The notes under the pieces are model-generated. The model had not been told where the DNA came from, ran no database searches, and saw nothing but the letters and a program-made list of their open reading frames with translations. From Candidatus Poribacteria bacterium (lineage in GTDB: Bacteria; Poribacteria; WGA-4E; PCPOR2b): DNA of 64,000 nt. Shown here piece after piece: positions 32,852 through 42,834 of this stretch. Both the position numbers and the translations under genes were made by a program. Numbering within the stretch: the stretch's first letter is position 1; every line of letters begins with the position of its first letter. The DNA lies in contig OZ240245.1 of NCBI GenBank assembly GCA_965198175.1, positions 352,001 to 416,000 of the forward strand, written 5' to 3'.

Positions 32852-33015
32852 GACGATTTGTGGACGTGTAATGATTCCTGGCTTGACAGTTTTTCCAAAC
32901 AGTTACTTTTTCGAGAAGAGGAGTTGATACGATCCTGTATTCATCACCGGACTTAATACAGTATCGAATCACGCGGTTTTAGCGCATATGCCCAAGAACG
33001 CGATGAGCTTTTCTG

Positions 33016-33044
33016 TTTACCTTTCTTCGTAATCGTGCTAAAAT
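33016..33044 (+). promoter_or_regulatory. Promoter for the NHL-P450 genes
   Basis: TTTACC-17 nt-TAAAAT with TG extension. Confidence 0.55.
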
Positions 33045-33123
33045 GACAAAACTTTCAGTTCATCAAGCTAGATCGAATAGCAATTGTAATGTGTCAAATT
33101 GATAAAGGAGGAACGAGCACAAA

Positions 33124-34098
33124 ATGAGACAAGTTGGTTTTGGTAACTTCGTTTATGAGGAAGTTCGGGAATGGGGACAATTTCCTGCAGACTGGGCCTT
33201 TGAAGATTGTCCTGGGGTTGCTGTTGATTCACAAGACAGAGTTTATGCCTTTACCCGCGAGACAACAGGTATGGTTGTCTTTGACCCTGAAGGTGCCTTC
33301 TTGGGATCGTGGGGGAGAGACCTATTTAAGCGACCGCACGGTATATTCATTGGTCCGGATGACGCGATTTACTGCGCTGACGACTGGGGCCAGTCAATTC
33401 GGAAATTTACGACTGATGGTGAACTGCTCATGGAAATCGAGACCAAAGACCATCCGGCGGATACCGGCTACGTGTGGGGAAGCCAGCCGTCAGCCATACG
33501 CCGCGCCGGCCCGCCGTTTAACTTTCCGACTTGGGTAACCCTATCCCCAGAGGGCGATCTGTACGTGACGGACGGCTATGGCAACGCTCGGGTACATAAA
33601 TTCACCGCCGACGGTGAGCTGCTCTTTTCGTGGGGCGAGCCTGGCGACGGTCCTGGTCAGTTTGTCACACCGCATAGTATATGTGTAGATAAAAATGGCT
33701 TAGTTTATGTCGCTGATCGACAGAACCTCCGAATCCAGGTTTTCAATTCGCGAGGTGAATTTATCAACCAATGGAGCGACGTTCATTGGCCTTGTGATAT
33801 GTGCATTGACCCTGAGGAGAATATCTATGTCGCAGAGGTAGGTGGGGTATTCATGAGCACTGGGAAGGTTCCCAATCACGACAATCCATCGGCACGAGTG
33901 ACTGTGCGCAACTTGAACGGAGAAATTCTGTCCGAATGGGGTGAAGCCGATCCGCTTGGAGAAGGTAGATATTTCGCACCTCACAGCATCGCTATTGACT
34001 CGCAAGGCAGCCTGTATATCGGTGAAGTTTCGACATCATACACCGGTGGCACGGCACCGGCTGATTGGCGGGCGTTTCGCAAGTTCGTTCGAATCTGA
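33124..34098 (+). CDS. NHL-repeat beta-propeller (peptidyl-alpha-hydroxyglycine alpha-amidating lyase-like)
   Basis: PHG, YVTDGYGNARVHKF, PHSI..D..G.VYVADR.N.RIQVF; AAGGAGG RBS. Confidence 0.9.
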   Translation: MRQVGFGNFVYEEVREWGQFPADWAFEDCPGVAVDSQDRVYAFTRETTGMVVFDPEGAFLGSWGRDLFKRPHGIFIGPDDAIYCADDWGQSIRKFTTDGELLMEIETKDHPADTGYVWGSQPSAIRRAGPPFNFPTWVTLSPEGDLYVTDGYGNARVHKFTADGELLFSWGEPGDGPGQFVTPHSICVDKNGLVYVADRQNLRIQVFNSRGEFINQWSDVHWPCDMCIDPEENIYVAEVGGVFMSTGKVPNHDNPSARVTVRNLNGEILSEWGEADPLGEGRYFAPHSIAIDSQGSLYIGEVSTSYTGGTAPADWRAFRKFVRI

Positions 34099-34245
34099 GC
34101 GATTTGGTTTCGATTTCATCAGCTCTTACCACCTCTAAATCTCCTCTTTGTTTCCCAGACCCTCTTGCTCTCACATCCTAACCCTCCAATGTTGAGAGCA
34201 AGAATGAGGTGTTCCTGACCTAGAAGGGTGCGAAAAGAGGATTCT

Positions 34246-35481
34246 ATGTTCGAAAGAAATAGCAGCCGCGCATTCGATCAACACATGCTTTCGCCCGAAT
34301 TCTATGCGAATCCGTATCCGATTTACCACCAGCTTCGCGACGCGGATCCAGTACATTGGAGTGACGCTTGGAAGAGTTGGGTGCTCACGCGCTATGCTGA
34401 CGTCACCTCCACCTTGCGTGACTTTTCCCGCTTTTCAAATGTGGGTCGGATTGACCTGTTTCTCGAACAGTTGCCAGAGGAGGGACGGGGAAAAATGGGT
34501 CCTCTCAAGGGACACTTCTCAAGGGCGATAACGCACTTGGATCCGCCAGATCATACACGGATCCGGAAGTTGTTGAAAACCGTCCTCTCGACGCGCTTAG
34601 TCCAGAGCATGTGCCCGCGTATTGAAGCGCTTGTGAACGAGCTAATCAGTGAGGTCCAAAACGCTGGACGGATGGATGTCATTCGCGATTTTGCCTATCC
34701 ACTGCCCGCCATTGTGCTCGGTGAGATGCTCGGGATACCCCCGGAAGACCGCGACCAATATAAGAAATGGTCTGATGATATTGGGGTTGGACTTGTGGGG
34801 ACAGGGCGTGCCGCGCTGGACAACGTTCAACTAGCACGGCAGAGCCTATTTGAACTGACCGATTACCTTCGTCCACTGGTTGCACAGCGCCGACAGCATC
34901 CCCGGAACGACCTCATCAGCAACCTTATTTCCATTGAGGTGAAAGGCGATCGACTCAGCGAGAGGGAGCTTTTTTCAACCTGTATTACACTCATCCTTGC
35001 CGGGCACGGGACGACGACTAACCTGATTGGCAACGGCATACTAGCGCTGCTGCGTCACCCTGATCAACTAGAGGCTTTGAAAAATGACCCTTCTCTGATT
35101 GAGGTAGCTGTCGAGGAGTTGCTGCGATACGATAGCCCACTCCAGCGGATTTGGCGGATGGCTACGGAAGATGTCGAGATTGACGGCAAGCACATTCGCA
35201 AGGGACAGATTGTCTTACCGACAATGGGAGCGGCAAATCGCGACCCGGCAGAATTTTCTGAACCCGACCGACTCAATATCAGTCGGCAGAAAAATCCACA
35301 TGTCGCACTTGGTACGGGTATCCATTTGTGTGTAGGTGGCCCACTGGCACGCCTTCAGGGCGCAATTGCAATCAATGCACTACTCCGGCGCCTGCCTTCA
35401 TTACAGCTTGAGACCGAGGCACTAGAGTGGGAAGCGAATCTGTTTCATCGCGGCTTGAAATCGCTGCCTGTCGTGTTTTAG
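34246..35481 (+). CDS. Cytochrome P450
   Basis: DPPDHTR.R, AGHGTT I-helix, EELLR, LGTGIHLCVG heme motif. Confidence 0.95.
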   Translation: MFERNSSRAFDQHMLSPEFYANPYPIYHQLRDADPVHWSDAWKSWVLTRYADVTSTLRDFSRFSNVGRIDLFLEQLPEEGRGKMGPLKGHFSRAITHLDPPDHTRIRKLLKTVLSTRLVQSMCPRIEALVNELISEVQNAGRMDVIRDFAYPLPAIVLGEMLGIPPEDRDQYKKWSDDIGVGLVGTGRAALDNVQLARQSLFELTDYLRPLVAQRRQHPRNDLISNLISIEVKGDRLSERELFSTCITLILAGHGTTTNLIGNGILALLRHPDQLEALKNDPSLIEVAVEELLRYDSPLQRIWRMATEDVEIDGKHIRKGQIVLPTMGAANRDPAEFSEPDRLNISRQKNPHVALGTGIHLCVGGPLARLQGAIAINALLRRLPSLQLETEALEWEANLFHRGLKSLPVVF

Positions 35482-35662
35482 AAGCGGCTGCGCATTGGTA
35501 GGCTTCATCTGGTATTGACTAGACCGCTGAGAATGGCAATATCAATCAGAAAACTGTCTTCGCTTGCGGGGAGGCTGAAACGGACCAAGGATTTTCACCG
35601 TGCTATTCTCGTACACTGTCAGATAAGTTTTTGAGGATGTACTGGCGATTTCGTTCTAAGGG

Positions 35663-38041
35663 TCACCGATCGGGCTTGAGCATCAAGGTGTGAGTGGCGG
35701 CGCCCGGCAGGAAAGCGTGAACTTCCCCTTTCACCCAGTGCTTATGTCCATCTTTGTAGTTTGGTGATAGTGGGTGACCGGACTGACCGCCAGGCATGTG
35801 TAGAATCCCATCCGCGTGCCGCCCTGGCGAGACGACCAAGCGCTCAGACGCTCCAAAATCCGGTTTCGAAACCCGGACGCAAAACGTACCTCCTGATAGT
35901 AAATCTTGAGGCATGTTCAAAAATTTACCCACCACAGGGATGCGTCGTCCTAATGGATGGGCAATATCTGCCGTGTTAATCCGACCCCAAGTCAGTTCAT
36001 CAAGCGAATTTATATCGTATTCACTGTATAACTGATTAAGCACCTCTTCCAGCTTGCCGCGTATCCATACGTCCCAATTTGGGTAGCTAGTATCCGGAAT
36101 CAACTCGGGAACTTGCTCTGTGAGCATCATCCGAAGCGGGGGTTCGATGGTGCGCCATGTATAGACAAAGTTTTCATCAACTCCTTTACAGCGGGTCAAG
36201 AATGGCGTAAACACATCAGTCGCTAAGCGTTGGTGAAAGTGTACAAGAACGCCGAAACTGACGCTGTCCACCTCTGCCTTACCGCTCCACGCTTCGATAT
36301 GCCGGCGTACGGCTTTCAACTCTGGCTCATTCACAATAGCCTCGTTCGTCAGCACTGAAAGCGCAAGCTGTTGATAGAAATCGTAGAATTGGCTGGTTGT
36401 ATCCAACTGGAGTTGGAGCATGTCCTCTTCTGTAATCTGATCCATTTCACTTAGGCGTTCGCTGATTCGGTAGGCGCGATAGCTGTTTGAGTAATTGTGA
36501 CCGATTACATGTGGGTAGTCTGTTCCAAGCGTCCGATTGTTCGCTGTTACCAAGAAACCCGCAGGCGGATCTATCACGCGCGGCAAGTCATCCGGTGGAA
36601 TATATCCTTCCCAACCGATTTTCCCATCTGCCCAAGACTTACTCGAAGCGCCGTCAAAGCCCTTTCGAACGGGCGTCCTTCCGCAGTAAGTCCAAGCAAT
36701 GCGCCCGGTGTTGTCACCCATGGCGGCATTGAGCGGCGGTCCACCAGAACGATTCATGACGTGAATCGCATCTTCAAGCGTGTCGGCTTCATCAATGTAT
36801 AACAAGCCGATGTCAACCGCTTGGGGCTCAAGCGCTGTCCAATGCATCGCAACGCGTTGCCCCATCAGCGCTGTTTCGCTGACAGGCCCCCACACGGTCA
36901 GCTTAACGGGTTGGTCAACTGTCTTGCCCCCTTTTATCCGAATAGTTTCGTTCACAACCTCAAAATGTTTCCAGCCGTCAGGTGTCTTATACTCGTCCGG
37001 ATTTTCGGGGTTTAGCTCCAGGCCGACGAGATCAAGAAAATCACCACCGATATTGGTAAATCCCCAAGCAACATGCCCATTTGAACCTGCAACCACGCCG
37101 GGGGTACCCGGCAAGGTCACGCCTGAAATTTCAACATCTCCATAGCGAAGCGCGGCACGATACCAGATGTTTGGAACGCTAAGTCCCAGATGCATATCGT
37201 TGGCGACGATCGCCCGATCATCGCTCGTCTTGGACTTTGCAACAGCCCAGTTATTCGATCCGACACGGGGTTGCATCCGAACCATCCCTGTTTTTTTGTC
37301 AGTCGGCGATGGGGCGTATCGGATTGAAGTCAGGGCTTTAATAGGAATCGGTCGAATGGGACGATGAGCGCTCTTCCCGCCCGATAACACAGTCGTATAG
37401 TTGTCTGTATCAGGAGTTAGAAAATCCACAACCTCTGGCGGAAGAGATGCAGCCATGATACTCAGCATCCTTTCATCTTCCTCACTATCTCCCGTTAGTT
37501 CCTGAAAGATATTCAGTATAATCAGGATGCTGTCTTCGACCGCCCAAGGTTCGGGCTGATAACGCAGGATAAGAAATTCAAAAGGCAGTACTTTTGCCTC
37601 TTCGATATAGGCATTTATACCCGAAGCGTAGCTGTGAAGAATCTCTTTTTGGTCTTCCGGGAGATTGGCGGCGATGGCTTTCGCCGCACGAGCAAAACCG
37701 ATTGTGCGTTGCCGCCTATCGACACCTAAAGCACCTTTACCGAGGATTTCGCTCAGCCTTCCAGCAGCGCGCCGGCGAAGGATATCGATTTGCCAGAGTC
37801 GATCGCGGGCGGTTACATAGCCCAGCGCCAGCATAGCATCCAGACGCGAATGAGCGACAATTGTTGGGATGCCGTATCGATCCGCAGTAATCTTGACCGG
37901 CGATTCCAAACCCGGAACACGCTCCTCACCGTCAAGCTTCGGCAGGGAAGCCCGGAGCAAAGCTAGAACAAGGATAACACCACCGATAGCAATAACAAGT
38001 AACAATAAAACAATGGTAAAAAAGATTCGAACCATATTCAT
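35663..38041 (-). CDS. Penicillin acylase family (Ntn hydrolase, S45), membrane-anchored
   Basis: DRYGIP.I, DRLWQ, GSNNWAV, ANDMHL, ANN, PGGQSG. Confidence 0.93.
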   Translation of the reverse strand: MNMVRIFFTIVLLLLVIAIGGVILVLALLRASLPKLDGEERVPGLESPVKITADRYGIPTIVAHSRLDAMLALGYVTARDRLWQIDILRRRAAGRLSEILGKGALGVDRRQRTIGFARAAKAIAANLPEDQKEILHSYASGINAYIEEAKVLPFEFLILRYQPEPWAVEDSILIILNIFQELTGDSEEDERMLSIMAASLPPEVVDFLTPDTDNYTTVLSGGKSAHRPIRPIPIKALTSIRYAPSPTDKKTGMVRMQPRVGSNNWAVAKSKTSDDRAIVANDMHLGLSVPNIWYRAALRYGDVEISGVTLPGTPGVVAGSNGHVAWGFTNIGGDFLDLVGLELNPENPDEYKTPDGWKHFEVVNETIRIKGGKTVDQPVKLTVWGPVSETALMGQRVAMHWTALEPQAVDIGLLYIDEADTLEDAIHVMNRSGGPPLNAAMGDNTGRIAWTYCGRTPVRKGFDGASSKSWADGKIGWEGYIPPDDLPRVIDPPAGFLVTANNRTLGTDYPHVIGHNYSNSYRAYRISERLSEMDQITEEDMLQLQLDTTSQFYDFYQQLALSVLTNEAIVNEPELKAVRRHIEAWSGKAEVDSVSFGVLVHFHQRLATDVFTPFLTRCKGVDENFVYTWRTIEPPLRMMLTEQVPELIPDTSYPNWDVWIRGKLEEVLNQLYSEYDINSLDELTWGRINTADIAHPLGRRIPVVGKFLNMPQDLLSGGTFCVRVSKPDFGASERLVVSPGRHADGILHMPGGQSGHPLSPNYKDGHKHWVKGEVHAFLPGAATHTLMLKPDR

Positions 38042-38217
38042 GGTTCCTTATCTTAGAGTATTGTATTAACCTCTCTGGTCCTCCGCTCCCTGAATCGGAT
38101 AGACAGATTTAATTGGCATTGAAGGGTTGCTGTCCTGGAATACATGGTAGAGACTAAATTGTCCGTTATCGAATTTAACGTTGAGGTGCAAAGAAGAATA
38201 CGCAATGAGTTGCGTCG

Positions 38218-41130
38218 TCACTGCGAGTCACTACTACGTACCGTCCAATAAATTGCCCGGATAAAGCGTAATTCCTCGTAACTGATTTCGTCGTTAAACG
38301 CCTCGAAAATTGGGCGTAGACGGTTGGGACCGAGTTCGTCGAAGGTTTCTAGGACACGCTCTATGGTCTCGGGTGATAGCGATGACTCGGCGTACAGTCG
38401 TTCCACCGGCAGCGGATTCCCTGCCTGCACATACTTGCCCAGATATCTGATAATTGTCTCACGATTTACCCCATAGACCTGCTTCAGTTCGGTTACGGAT
38501 TCTCCGGACTGAAACCGTTCACCAATTTCTTGAGCGCGCGGGCTTAGAACCGTGGTTGTTGGTCTGACTGCACGAGAAGTTTGTCTCGGTTGCTCTGTCA
38601 GTCCGAGTTGTTGGCAGTACACACGAATGATTGGTAGAAACCTATCGGCGTACTTTTCAACTTTTACTGTGCCGACACCGTGCATCGTTTCAAACGCTTC
38701 CGTTGAGTGCGGAAAATAGATTGCCATCTCTTGTAAGGCGCGATCGGAGAAAACCATGTAGGACGGAACCCGTTCGGCATCTGCCAATTCTCTACGCTTG
38801 GTGCGTAGTTGCTCGAAGAGTTCATGGTCGTATTCACCCGTTTCGTCAGCATCTATATGGCGGCGCACCTGTGTTTCTAGCGGAGTCCCCCACACCTCCT
38901 GTTCTTTCCTGAGAACACTCTGCCCTTTCGGCGTTAATTTAACGCTACCGTGTTCTATGTCTCGCGTAAGGAGGTGTTGCTGGATAAACTGTCCCGCTAG
39001 CAGTTTCCACTGTGCTGTAGAATGCTCCCGACCAATGCCGTAGGTCGATAGCTTGTCATGTCTGTTTTCCAATACCTTCCTTGCTCGCGAGCCGCACAAC
39101 ACATTAATAATATGATTCATTCCGAAAATCTTGCCCGTCCGCACCACGCAGGAGAGAAATTTCTGTGCTGGAATGGTTAGGTTCACCTGTTCGTTTGGTT
39201 CTATCAGACAGTTGTCGCACATCTGGCAGTTGTCCGCCTCGTATTTTTCTCCGAAATAGCTCAACAGTCCAATACGACGGCAATCCGTTGAAGTCGCCCA
39301 ATCCACCAGTGCGGTTAAACGTTCTCGCCTGCCGGCTTGTTCAGAGACGGCACCCTGCTGGATAAAGTACTGAATGGGGTGGACATCGCCATAACCGAAC
39401 AGGAGCAGGCAATCTGCGCGAAGACCATCTCGCCCCGCACGACCAATCTCTTGATAGTAGCATTCAATATTCTTGGGCAAGTCTGCATGTATCACAAAGC
39501 GCACATCGGGCTTGTCAATGCCCATACCGAACGCAATGGTCGCCACCATAATCCGCACGTCGTCGCGGATGAAAGCGGTCTGATTCTGCCCACGGGTTTC
39601 GGCGTCCAGTCCAGCGTGATACGGTAACGCGGAGATATTTTTCTCAACCAATACCTCGTGGAGCGTGTCCACTTGGCGTCGTTTGGCACAGTAGATAATA
39701 CCGGATTGGTCGCGGCGATCGGCAAGAAAATCAAAGATTTGGCGATATAAGTCAACCTTCGTTTCGACAGCGATGGCAAGGTTTTTTCGGTCAAAGCTGG
39801 CGATGAACTCGTTCTCGTTGCGAAACCCCAATTCGTTCCTGATGTCGGTCCGAACGCGGGACGTTGCTGTAGCGGTGAGCGCAACACACACAGCGTTGGG
39901 AAATCGTTCGCGCATCTGTGCCAGTTGACGATATTCCGGTCGGAAATCGTGTCCCCATTGGGAGATGCAGTGCGCTTCGTCAATGGCTAGGCAGTCGATC
40001 TGACACTCACCGAGCATCTGTAATGTTTCGGGACGCAGCAGTGTTTCCGGCGCGATGTAGAGCAATTTGACCGCGCCCCTTCTAATCCGATCGGTGGTTG
40101 ACTGATACTCCTCGTAGGCAAGGGTACTGTTGAGGAAAACAGCAGACACACGCAACTGTTGTAGCTGCGTCACCTGGTCCTGCATCAGCGAAATTAGGGG
40201 GCACACAACAACGGTCAACCCGTCGAAACGCATCGCTGGAAGTTGGTAGCATAATGACTTCCCACCGCCGGTCGGCATGATAATTGAGGTGTCGCGCCGG
40301 CTTATAATGTTTTCGATAATTTCTGCTTGCAACGGTCGGAAATTGTCGTAGCCGAAGACGGTTTGGAGTAAGTGTAAGGGTGTGAAGGGTGTGGCGGAAT
40401 CATCCAACGGTGGCGTGTCACCCAACGGCGGAAGGTCCTCCTGCGGTAGCGCGTCAATTTCAGAGGGAGAGACAGCGTGATCTATGAATTGCTCACGTTC
40501 TCGATCGTCGTCCGCTTCAAGGAACCAGCCCGAAAGTTGGACATAGCACCGATACTCGATAGTAGACCCATCATCAGGCCGCCACCGATGCGCCAGCGAA
40601 ACGCGCAGCAGGGTTCCTGCTGGAATGGTTTGGAGCGGTTCTTGGAAGCCGACGAAGGTGAGGGTGCATCCCCCGTCTTCGGTCGAATAGCGGTAGCGGA
40701 CACGCCTGCCAGTGATGTCACGTACCAGCGGTTGGTCGGCACGCCAGGAGGTCGTACTGTAGGATGGGATTCCCCCGCTTTCGGCGATGTACAACGATCC
40801 GTTCAGTGTGGACTGCGTGAGACCTTCGTAAAGCACCGCTGGGCCGCCAACTTTGGGAGGCATGAATCTTTCGATGATGGCAATCGGATTCCCGAGGGAG
40901 GGTAGTCGCCGTTTTCTATGAACGATGATGTTTTCCACGTGCGGTGGAATGATGTCTGGTGCAGAGGTGGCTTCTACTTCCCACACGTCGCCAACCTCAT
41001 ATTCTAAGCCCGCGCCATCGTGGGCATCGCTATCGGCTGAGATCAACCGAACACTCTCTCCATCTGACGTAATTCCGCCGATACACGCTCCGCTTCCCAT
41101 GCGGGTCTTCGCAACAATAAGCACTCTCAT
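38218..41130 (-). CDS. recQ: RecQ helicase with an extra N-terminal dual-OB-like domain, HRDC and C-terminal HTH
   Basis: PTGGGKS, DEAHC, WGHDFRP, QEIGRAGRDG, Zn-binding CRR...C..CDNC; start at ATG 41130 overlapping the upstream TGA. Confidence 0.93.
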   Translation of the reverse strand: MRVLIVAKTRMGSGACIGGITSDGESVRLISADSDAHDGAGLEYEVGDVWEVEATSAPDIIPPHVENIIVHRKRRLPSLGNPIAIIERFMPPKVGGPAVLYEGLTQSTLNGSLYIAESGGIPSYSTTSWRADQPLVRDITGRRVRYRYSTEDGGCTLTFVGFQEPLQTIPAGTLLRVSLAHRWRPDDGSTIEYRCYVQLSGWFLEADDDREREQFIDHAVSPSEIDALPQEDLPPLGDTPPLDDSATPFTPLHLLQTVFGYDNFRPLQAEIIENIISRRDTSIIMPTGGGKSLCYQLPAMRFDGLTVVVCPLISLMQDQVTQLQQLRVSAVFLNSTLAYEEYQSTTDRIRRGAVKLLYIAPETLLRPETLQMLGECQIDCLAIDEAHCISQWGHDFRPEYRQLAQMRERFPNAVCVALTATATSRVRTDIRNELGFRNENEFIASFDRKNLAIAVETKVDLYRQIFDFLADRRDQSGIIYCAKRRQVDTLHEVLVEKNISALPYHAGLDAETRGQNQTAFIRDDVRIMVATIAFGMGIDKPDVRFVIHADLPKNIECYYQEIGRAGRDGLRADCLLLFGYGDVHPIQYFIQQGAVSEQAGRRERLTALVDWATSTDCRRIGLLSYFGEKYEADNCQMCDNCLIEPNEQVNLTIPAQKFLSCVVRTGKIFGMNHIINVLCGSRARKVLENRHDKLSTYGIGREHSTAQWKLLAGQFIQQHLLTRDIEHGSVKLTPKGQSVLRKEQEVWGTPLETQVRRHIDADETGEYDHELFEQLRTKRRELADAERVPSYMVFSDRALQEMAIYFPHSTEAFETMHGVGTVKVEKYADRFLPIIRVYCQQLGLTEQPRQTSRAVRPTTTVLSPRAQEIGERFQSGESVTELKQVYGVNRETIIRYLGKYVQAGNPLPVERLYAESSLSPETIERVLETFDELGPNRLRPIFEAFNDEISYEELRFIRAIYWTVRSSDSQ

Positions 41131-41615
41131 GGCAAGATATGCTCCACTTCGAGACTCAGTACCTTCGCTAGTTTGTCCGCGACCAGCAATCGGTGGCACG
41201 CCACGGGTTCCTGTTCAACGCAAAAGAGTGCCACAACCTGTGCGTCCGGTTTCAGGTCGTCAAGCAGATTTTGTGGTTGGAAGTGCGTCAAGCATTCATA
41301 CTGGTATCCTTCGATGAACGCCTGCCCCAATCCCGTGCGTTGGCGTTTGGCAGTTTTCGTCGCTTTATCCGCCTCAGCTTGCTTGGCTCGCACGATTTTG
41401 GACGGTGCTAGGTCTTTGCGATGCAGGTAGTGGATTCCCAAACCAGCGAGCCGTGCTTGCAAACGTTGGCTATTGGCGAAAGCATAAGTTGCGCCGCGCA
41501 CCCCTCGCCGGTCACGGATATCACAGAATGTGTCAACCCTTGCGTCCTGTAGTGACCGGAAGAAACCGGCTTCATCAAACCCGTATACGCCAATCGTGAC
41601 AATTTTAGGTTTCAT
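41127..41615 (-). CDS. DUF488 family protein
   Basis: IVTIG, CDIR, LFCVE...CHR; start at ATG 41615. Confidence 0.85.
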   Translation of the reverse strand: MKPKIVTIGVYGFDEAGFFRSLQDARVDTFCDIRDRRGVRGATYAFANSQRLQARLAGLGIHYLHRKDLAPSKIVRAKQAEADKATKTAKRQRTGLGQAFIEGYQYECLTHFQPQNLLDDLKPDAQVVALFCVEQEPVACHRLLVADKLAKVLSLEVEHILP

Positions 41616-42162
41616 CTTCACGCCGAGGGTATCGCTTGCGCGATTGGAATGTTGACACACCAAATAGGGAAAGTTGACCGCCGGTCAGCCGCTTAATGAT
41701 TTCAGCTTGGGACTGGGGTGTGTCATTTTCGTCAATGTGAACGACTGCTATCTCTCTATCCGTCAGGGTTACGCCGATCAGTTTACTCCGGTGGCACTCC
41801 TCCGGTTTTCCCTCGCTACACATGAGGGTAACGCGCTGTTGTTGGGAAAAAGCGGTTTGGAGACGGTTGATTCCGTCGGCGTAAAATTGCGCCGCTTTTA
41901 CCTTCTCGTAGTCCACGACCCCATTGACATAGCAATTTTCATCCTCGGGTCGTCCACCGAGCGTATCGCCCATGAACAGATAGCGAATACCATGTCGCTG
42001 TAATTCATCGGCTAGTTCCACTTTGGAAAACTCCGGCTTGTAGCGCGAATAAGGTGCCGAACGCACATCAACGAGGTATGCAATTTCATACCGCTGCAGT
42101 ACCTCGACAAACTGTTCAATGGAACGGCTTCCGTAACCGATTGTGTAAATCGGAATGGTCAT
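41605..42162 (-). CDS. DUF488 family protein
   Basis: IYTIGYG, LVDVRS.PYSR, LGGRP, LMCSE...CHR; start at ATG 42162. Confidence 0.9.
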   Translation of the reverse strand: MTIPIYTIGYGSRSIEQFVEVLQRYEIAYLVDVRSAPYSRYKPEFSKVELADELQRHGIRYLFMGDTLGGRPEDENCYVNGVVDYEKVKAAQFYADGINRLQTAFSQQQRVTLMCSEGKPEECHRSKLIGVTLTDREIAVVHIDENDTPQSQAEIIKRLTGGQLSLFGVSTFQSRKRYPRREDET

Positions 42163-42582
42163 GCTGTGAAATTCCTGTGGTTCATTTAAGAGTGAACCGT
42201 TTTTAAGAGCCCTCATATGAATAGTGCCCAAGCAGTATTTCGTATACTGACCTCGTCCAGTGTCCAACCGACTGCACTATGTTGTCGTCAGTATGTTTGG
42301 AAATGTCGCTGTCGGTGATTACTAGCGTGATTTCTGGTCGAGAGGGTACCTATGCTACGGTTAACTGTAAGGGTGTTTTTCCCCAATTCGGTGTCGAGTT
42401 CGATTGATAGATTGCGCCCGAGTTCAGTCTATGCGTCGATGACCATGCTATTGTCACTCATCACGGTGGTTGTAGTCGTTAAATTCAAGTTGTACCTATG
42501 TAGCAAACCTTCCCATATCCAGTACCGCTGCATACACTATTAGTCCGATGTCTCATAGGTAAGCAATTCTAATAGACAGACC

Positions 42583-42611
42583 ATTTTAGCAGAATGCCAA
42601 AATTGAATCAA
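42583..42611 (-). promoter_or_regulatory. Promoter upstream of the DUF488-RecQ operon
   Basis: TTGATT-17 nt-TAAAAT with TG extension. Confidence 0.6.
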
Positions 42612-42834
42612 CATATTTTCAGTATTTCATCACCCCGTTTGAAACGAATTACTGGCTTCACGTTCTGTAAACGGAGGCGCACCAGTCCCATATTGGAAAA
42701 GAATTAACCACGATTGAAGATTTCATCAAGGAGATTCGCTCAACGGGCGAATCCCATTGACTGCACCCTGTATACCTGATATAATTATCCACGTGTGAAG
42801 GGACGGTGAACACACAACAACACGGAGGCAGTGG

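Noticed and set aside
32925..32966. CTGTATT...AATACAG inverted repeat as a LexA box
   Set aside because: CTGT-ACAG spacing is 19 nt, not 8, and adjacent genes are not SOS genes
41131..41199. Longer RecQ start given by the ORF track (and longer starts for both DUF488 ORFs)
   Set aside because: Extensions overlap upstream genes or lack an RBS; ATG 41130, 41615 and 42162 give coupled starts at the domain boundaries
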